Below are positions 60,422-64,000 of a stretch of DNA of 64,000 bases, piece after piece. The position numbers were made by a program, and so were the translations under genes. Origin of the DNA: Polyangiales bacterium. GTDB taxonomy: Bacteria; Myxococcota_A; Polyangia; Polyangiales; Polyangiaceae. How positions within the stretch are numbered: the first letter of the stretch is position 1; every line of letters begins with the position of its first letter. The notes under the pieces were generated by a model. It had not been told where the DNA came from, did not search any database, and saw nothing but the letters and a program-made list of their open reading frames with translations. The stretch is taken from contig JBBRLQ010000031.1 in assembly GCA_038231275.1 (NCBI GenBank), forward strand, positions 1 to 64,000. The letters run 5' to 3'.

Positions 60422-61651
60422 GTGAACCCGCTCCTCACGCTCCGCGTCGCGCTGCGAGCGATTCTGCGCAACAAGATGCGCGCATTCCTCACCACGCTCG
60501 GCATCATCATCGGCGTCGCCGCGGTGATCGCGATGATGGCGATCGGCGCCGGCGCGAAGGCGCAGGTCGAGCAGGCGTTCGCCGCGATGGGGACGAACTT
60601 GCTCATCATCCTCCCAGGATCGACGTCGACGGGCGGCGTTCAAGGAGGCTTCGGCTCGATGCCCACGTTGACGTGGGACGATCTCGCGGCCATTCGCGCC
60701 GAGGTCCCTACCGTGAAGGCCGCCGCGCCGACGATGCGCTCGAACATGCCCATCGTGAGCGAAGAGCAGAACTGGACGACCGGCGTGACCGGGACCTTGC
60801 CCGAGTACTTCGAGATCCGCAGCTGGCCCATCGCCCTCGGCGCGGCGTTCACGCAGTCGGACGTCGACACCGGCACCAAGGTCGTCGTGCTCGGCCAGAC
60901 GGTGGTGGAGAAGCTGTACGGCGCCAGCGCAAACCCGGTCGGCCAGAGCGTACGCATCGGGACCACGCCGTTCACGATCGTCGGCGTCGCCGCGAAGAAG
61001 GGGCAGTCGTCGACCGGTCAGGACTACGACGACGCGGCGTTCATCCCCGCGACCACCTTCGCGCAGAAGGTGCAGGGCGGCCTGAGTAAGTACCTCACCG
61101 GCCAGATCATGGTCGCCGCGACCTCGTCCGACACGACCTCGCGCGCGCAGAGCGACATCGCGTCGCTCCTCCGCGATCGGCACCACATCGCGCCGGGCAT
61201 GGACGACGATTTTTCCTTGCGCAACCTCTCCGAGATCGCCGGCGCGCAGCAGCAGGGGACCGACACGATGACCACGCTCTTGGCGAGCGTCGCGGCTGTA
61301 TCGCTCCTCGTCGGAGGCATCGGCATCATGAACATCATGCTCGTCAGCGTGACCGAGCGAACGCGCGAGATCGGCGTGCGAATGGCCGTCGGCGCGAAGC
61401 CGCACTACATCCTCGCGCAGTTCCTCATCGAGGCGCTGAGCCTCTCGTTGGCGGGCGGGCTCCTCGGCGTCGTCGTCGGCCTCGGCACCGCGACGTGGCT
61501 CGCCGCGCGCTTCAAATGGCCGATGCTCGTCCAGACCGACGTGATCGCGATCTCGGTCGGCTTCAGCGCGTTCGTGGGGATCGTGTTCGGCCTCTACCCG
61601 GCCCGCAAGGCGTCGCAGCTCGATCCGATCGACGCGCTTCGCTACGAGTGA
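60422..61651 (+). CDS. ABC transporter permease (MacB/FtsX-like)
   Basis: [41 protein letters not shown]. Confidence 0.95.
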   Translation: MNPLLTLRVALRAILRNKMRAFLTTLGIIIGVAAVIAMMAIGAGAKAQVEQAFAAMGTNLLIILPGSTSTGGVQGGFGSMPTLTWDDLAAIRAEVPTVKAAAPTMRSNMPIVSEEQNWTTGVTGTLPEYFEIRSWPIALGAAFTQSDVDTGTKVVVLGQTVVEKLYGASANPVGQSVRIGTTPFTIVGVAAKKGQSSTGQDYDDAAFIPATTFAQKVQGGLSKYLTGQIMVAATSSDTTSRAQSDIASLLRDRHHIAPGMDDDFSLRNLSEIAGAQQQGTDTMTTLLASVAAVSLLVGGIGIMNIMLVSVTERTREIGVRMAVGAKPHYILAQFLIEALSLSLAGGLLGVVVGLGTATWLAARFKWPMLVQTDVIAISVGFSAFVGIVFGLYPARKASQLDPIDALRYE

Positions 61652-61654
61652 GCG

Positions 61655-63325
61655 TCAGGGACCAGGAGCGGGCGGCGGGGGAGCCGGCGGCGCGGGCGCA
61701 GGACCGGGCGTGATCGTGATCCCCTGCGCGCCGGGCGGCGGAGGAGCAGGAGGCTCGTCGGTCCTTTGTTTGCCGGGCTTGCCATCGTAGCAATCCCACC
61801 CCGCGGGAAGCATCGTCGAGCGCTCACATTTGGCCGTCTCGATGCCGCGCACCGACGAGAGATCGGTCCCGCTCATGTCGACGCGATCGAGGACGGCGCC
61901 GGTCATGTTCGCGTCGTCGAGCTTCGCGTTGATGAGCAGCGTGCGCGACAGATCGGCGCTCGAGAGATCGGCGCCCGCAAGGTTCGCCCAGCCGAGATCG
62001 AGGCGAGAGAGATCGGCGCCGACCAGGTTCGCCCCCGCGAGGTCGCGCTCGCCATTGCGGAGGATCGCGACCACTGCCTCGCGCCCCGCCGGAGTGGAGC
62101 GGTGCAAGCGACGCCACGCTCCCGCCGCGCCGACGCGGCCCACGGGGTCCAGCGCGACCGACACGAGGAGCACGCCGAGGACGGAAATCGAGCGCCACCG
62201 CATCGACGACATCGGCACCATCAACGTCGCCGTCGCGAGCCCGGCCGCCACGACCAGCGTGAGACCGAAGACGCCGGCGGCCTCGAGGGGCAAGAGGTAG
62301 CCGGGCAGCATCGCGCCGATCGCGAGGAGGATCCCGATGACCCCGGCCTTCGGGCGAGCGCCGATCACCGCAGCGTCGATGGGCACGTCGGATTGATAGC
62401 CGGAGGTCCGCGACGGCTTCGGCGCAGCAGGCGCGGCTGGGCGTGGCGCGGCGGCGTGCGGGCGCGCCGGTCCCGGCATCGTCACCGTGAGATCCGTGCG
62501 AATGCGATCGAGATCGGCGCGCAGCTCCGCGACGCTCTCGTGGCGCTGCTCGGGAAGGGCGGATACGGCCTTGCGGTAGACGGTGCCGAGTCCGGCCGCC
62601 TTCCCGGTGAGCTCGCGCTCCGAGGCGTCGTTCGGCTCGTGCTCGGTGACGAGGAACGCGAGGAGGTGCCCGACGCTGAGCACGTCGCTGCGGGCATCGA
62701 GGGCCGCGCCGTCCTGCGCCTCCGGCGACGCGTACGCGCCGTAGCCGAAGAACCCTTCGCGATCCCCCTCGAGCGAGTCGGACAGCGAGACCATGCCGAT
62801 CTCGGAGAGCACCGGTGCGAGCTCGTCGTCGAGGAGGACGTTGTCGGGGCAGAGCCCTCCGTGCACGAGGCCCGCGCCGTGGATGCCTTCGAGCGCGTCG
62901 CACACGCGCGCGACGAAAGAGAGCCGCTCGCGTAGGGGCCATCGCAAGACGACGAGATCGGCCGCCGTCCCGTTTGCGCACGGGTTGGACACGAAGGCTT
63001 CGACCGCTTCGGCGACCGAGTGGACGTCTTGCACACCCGTAGTCCCCGCGAGGACGATGAGCGAGCTCGCCGCGCCGAGGATGCGCGTTCGCTCGCCTTC
63101 CGTCGCGCACGCGTCGACCACCGTCAAGGTCACGTGCTTCTCGTCGCTCTGCACCGCGTCCCACACACTCATGAGCGGGCGCTGGACGAGCTTCTTCGCA
63201 AGGCGCAGCCCGAATTTGTCGGCTGCCTTGAGAGCGCGGCCGTGATCGGCGGACCTTCGCATCGACGGCGGGAGTGACCCCGCGCGATCGCGTTCGCCAG
63301 GAGGCGGAATGGAGAGCATCAACAA
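61655..63325 (-). CDS. Pseudokinase-TM-pentapeptide repeat protein
   Basis: Kinase fold with HGGLCPDN, SEIG, YASPE, RSDV; about three TMs; A(D/N)L-x-x pentapeptide repeats; Pro-rich tail. Confidence 0.8.
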   Translation of the reverse strand: MLMLSIPPPGERDRAGSLPPSMRRSADHGRALKAADKFGLRLAKKLVQRPLMSVWDAVQSDEKHVTLTVVDACATEGERTRILGAASSLIVLAGTTGVQDVHSVAEAVEAFVSNPCANGTAADLVVLRWPLRERLSFVARVCDALEGIHGAGLVHGGLCPDNVLLDDELAPVLSEIGMVSLSDSLEGDREGFFGYGAYASPEAQDGAALDARSDVLSVGHLLAFLVTEHEPNDASERELTGKAAGLGTVYRKAVSALPEQRHESVAELRADLDRIRTDLTVTMPGPARPHAAAPRPAAPAAPKPSRTSGYQSDVPIDAAVIGARPKAGVIGILLAIGAMLPGYLLPLEAAGVFGLTLVVAAGLATATLMVPMSSMRWRSISVLGVLLVSVALDPVGRVGAAGAWRRLHRSTPAGREAVVAILRNGERDLAGANLVGADLSRLDLGWANLAGADLSSADLSRTLLINAKLDDANMTGAVLDRVDMSGTDLSSVRGIETAKCERSTMLPAGWDCYDGKPGKQRTDEPPAPPPPGAQGITITPGPAPAPPAPPPPAPGP

Positions 63326-63435
63326 GACCCTCGGCCAGCGAATTTAGGTCCAGCGAGGCGCACGCACCAGTTGTATGTTCTCAAGTGGCTGTCTCGCATT
63401 TCGACGCAGCTGTTTCGCAATCGCTTGGAGGCTGG

Positions 63436-64000
63436 ATGGCGGACCCGAAGTCGCGCTCGAACCCCCCGAAGTCGCGCTCGGTGCCGCCGAAGCGGCGCTC
63501 GATGCCGCCGCAGCCGCCCGCCGGCTCTCGCATGCCGCGCCCGATCGCCTCGATCGCCGGCGCGCCGAAGGGGCGCTTGCGAAAGATCGATCCGTCCGCG
63601 AACGCTCCGGCGCCCGCTCCGAAGCCGACGCGCGAGGACGCAGGGCCGCCGCCGCTCCCGCCCGCGAAGAGGCGTTCGCTCCCGCCGAAAGCGCGGTCGC
63701 TTCCTCCCAAGGCTCCGTCTCTCGCACCGACCGCGCTCATCCTTCCGAAGGGCCCGGCGGCCTTCGTCATGGAAGAGCCGAAGCGACGCTCGATCGTCCC
63801 TACTTCGACGCCCGACGACACGGGCAGCGAGGCCCCTTCCATCCTGGTCGTCGACGACGACGACGCCGCGCGACGCCTCATCGTTCGCGCGCTCCGCACG
63901 CTCTACACGGTCTACGAAGCCGCCGACGGTGAAGAGGCGGTCCGCGTCCTCGAGCGCGTCCCGCCCGTCGCATGCGTCGTCACCGACATCATGATGCCGC
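63436..64000 (+). CDS. Response regulator receiver protein with a long Pro/Ser/Lys-rich N-terminal extension, 3'-truncated (absent from the ORF track)
   Basis: SD GGAGG, ATG at 63436, frame open to the window end; ILVVDDD...AADGEEA...VTDIMMP from 63841. Confidence 0.85.
   Translation, partial: MADPKSRSNPPKSRSVPPKRRSMPPQPPAGSRMPRPIASIAGAPKGRLRKIDPSANAPAPAPKPTREDAGPPPLPPAKRRSLPPKARSLPPKAPSLAPTALILPKGPAAFVMEEPKRRSIVPTSTPDDTGSEAPSILVVDDDDAARRLIVRALRTLYTVYEAADGEEAVRVLERVPPVACVVTDIMMP

Overview
High-GC (roughly 70% by eye) bacterial DNA. Its gene content points to a myxobacterium, probably Polyangiaceae/Labilithrix-like (inference): many Ser/Thr kinases, FHA-sigma54 activators, a Myxococcales-type sigma factor, pilC/pilS and Cys-rich lipoproteins. 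I can support about 54 protein-coding genes and found no rRNA, tRNA, CRISPR array or transposase. Housekeeping genes include mutS2, glpK, NAD-type isocitrate dehydrogenase, GTP-dependent PEP carboxykinase, a PpiD-like chaperone, an M16 peptidase and a MacAB-like ABC exporter. The best candidate for an undescribed system is at 53112-55768. There a eukaryote-style, four-EF-hand NOX5-like NADPH oxidase is translationally coupled (TGATG) to a five-heme c-type cytochrome lipoprotein. The oxidase has Leu at the position of the conserved O2-site His, which suggests a Ca2+-gated NAD(P)H-to-periplasmic-cytochrome electron conduit rather than a simple superoxide generator. Second is an orphan T6SS Hcp/TssD tube protein with a Sec signal peptide (49823-50377). 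Other observations: a kinase/TPR-PEGA/FHA-sigma54 circuit next to a predicted sigma54 promoter, two pseudokinases, a degenerate M23 lipoprotein, a TetR operator pair, pervasive leaderless-type -10 boxes, and recurrent DAG (exported) and S-x-P-P (cytoplasmic) linker motifs. All calls are from reading the sequence; no database searches were run.
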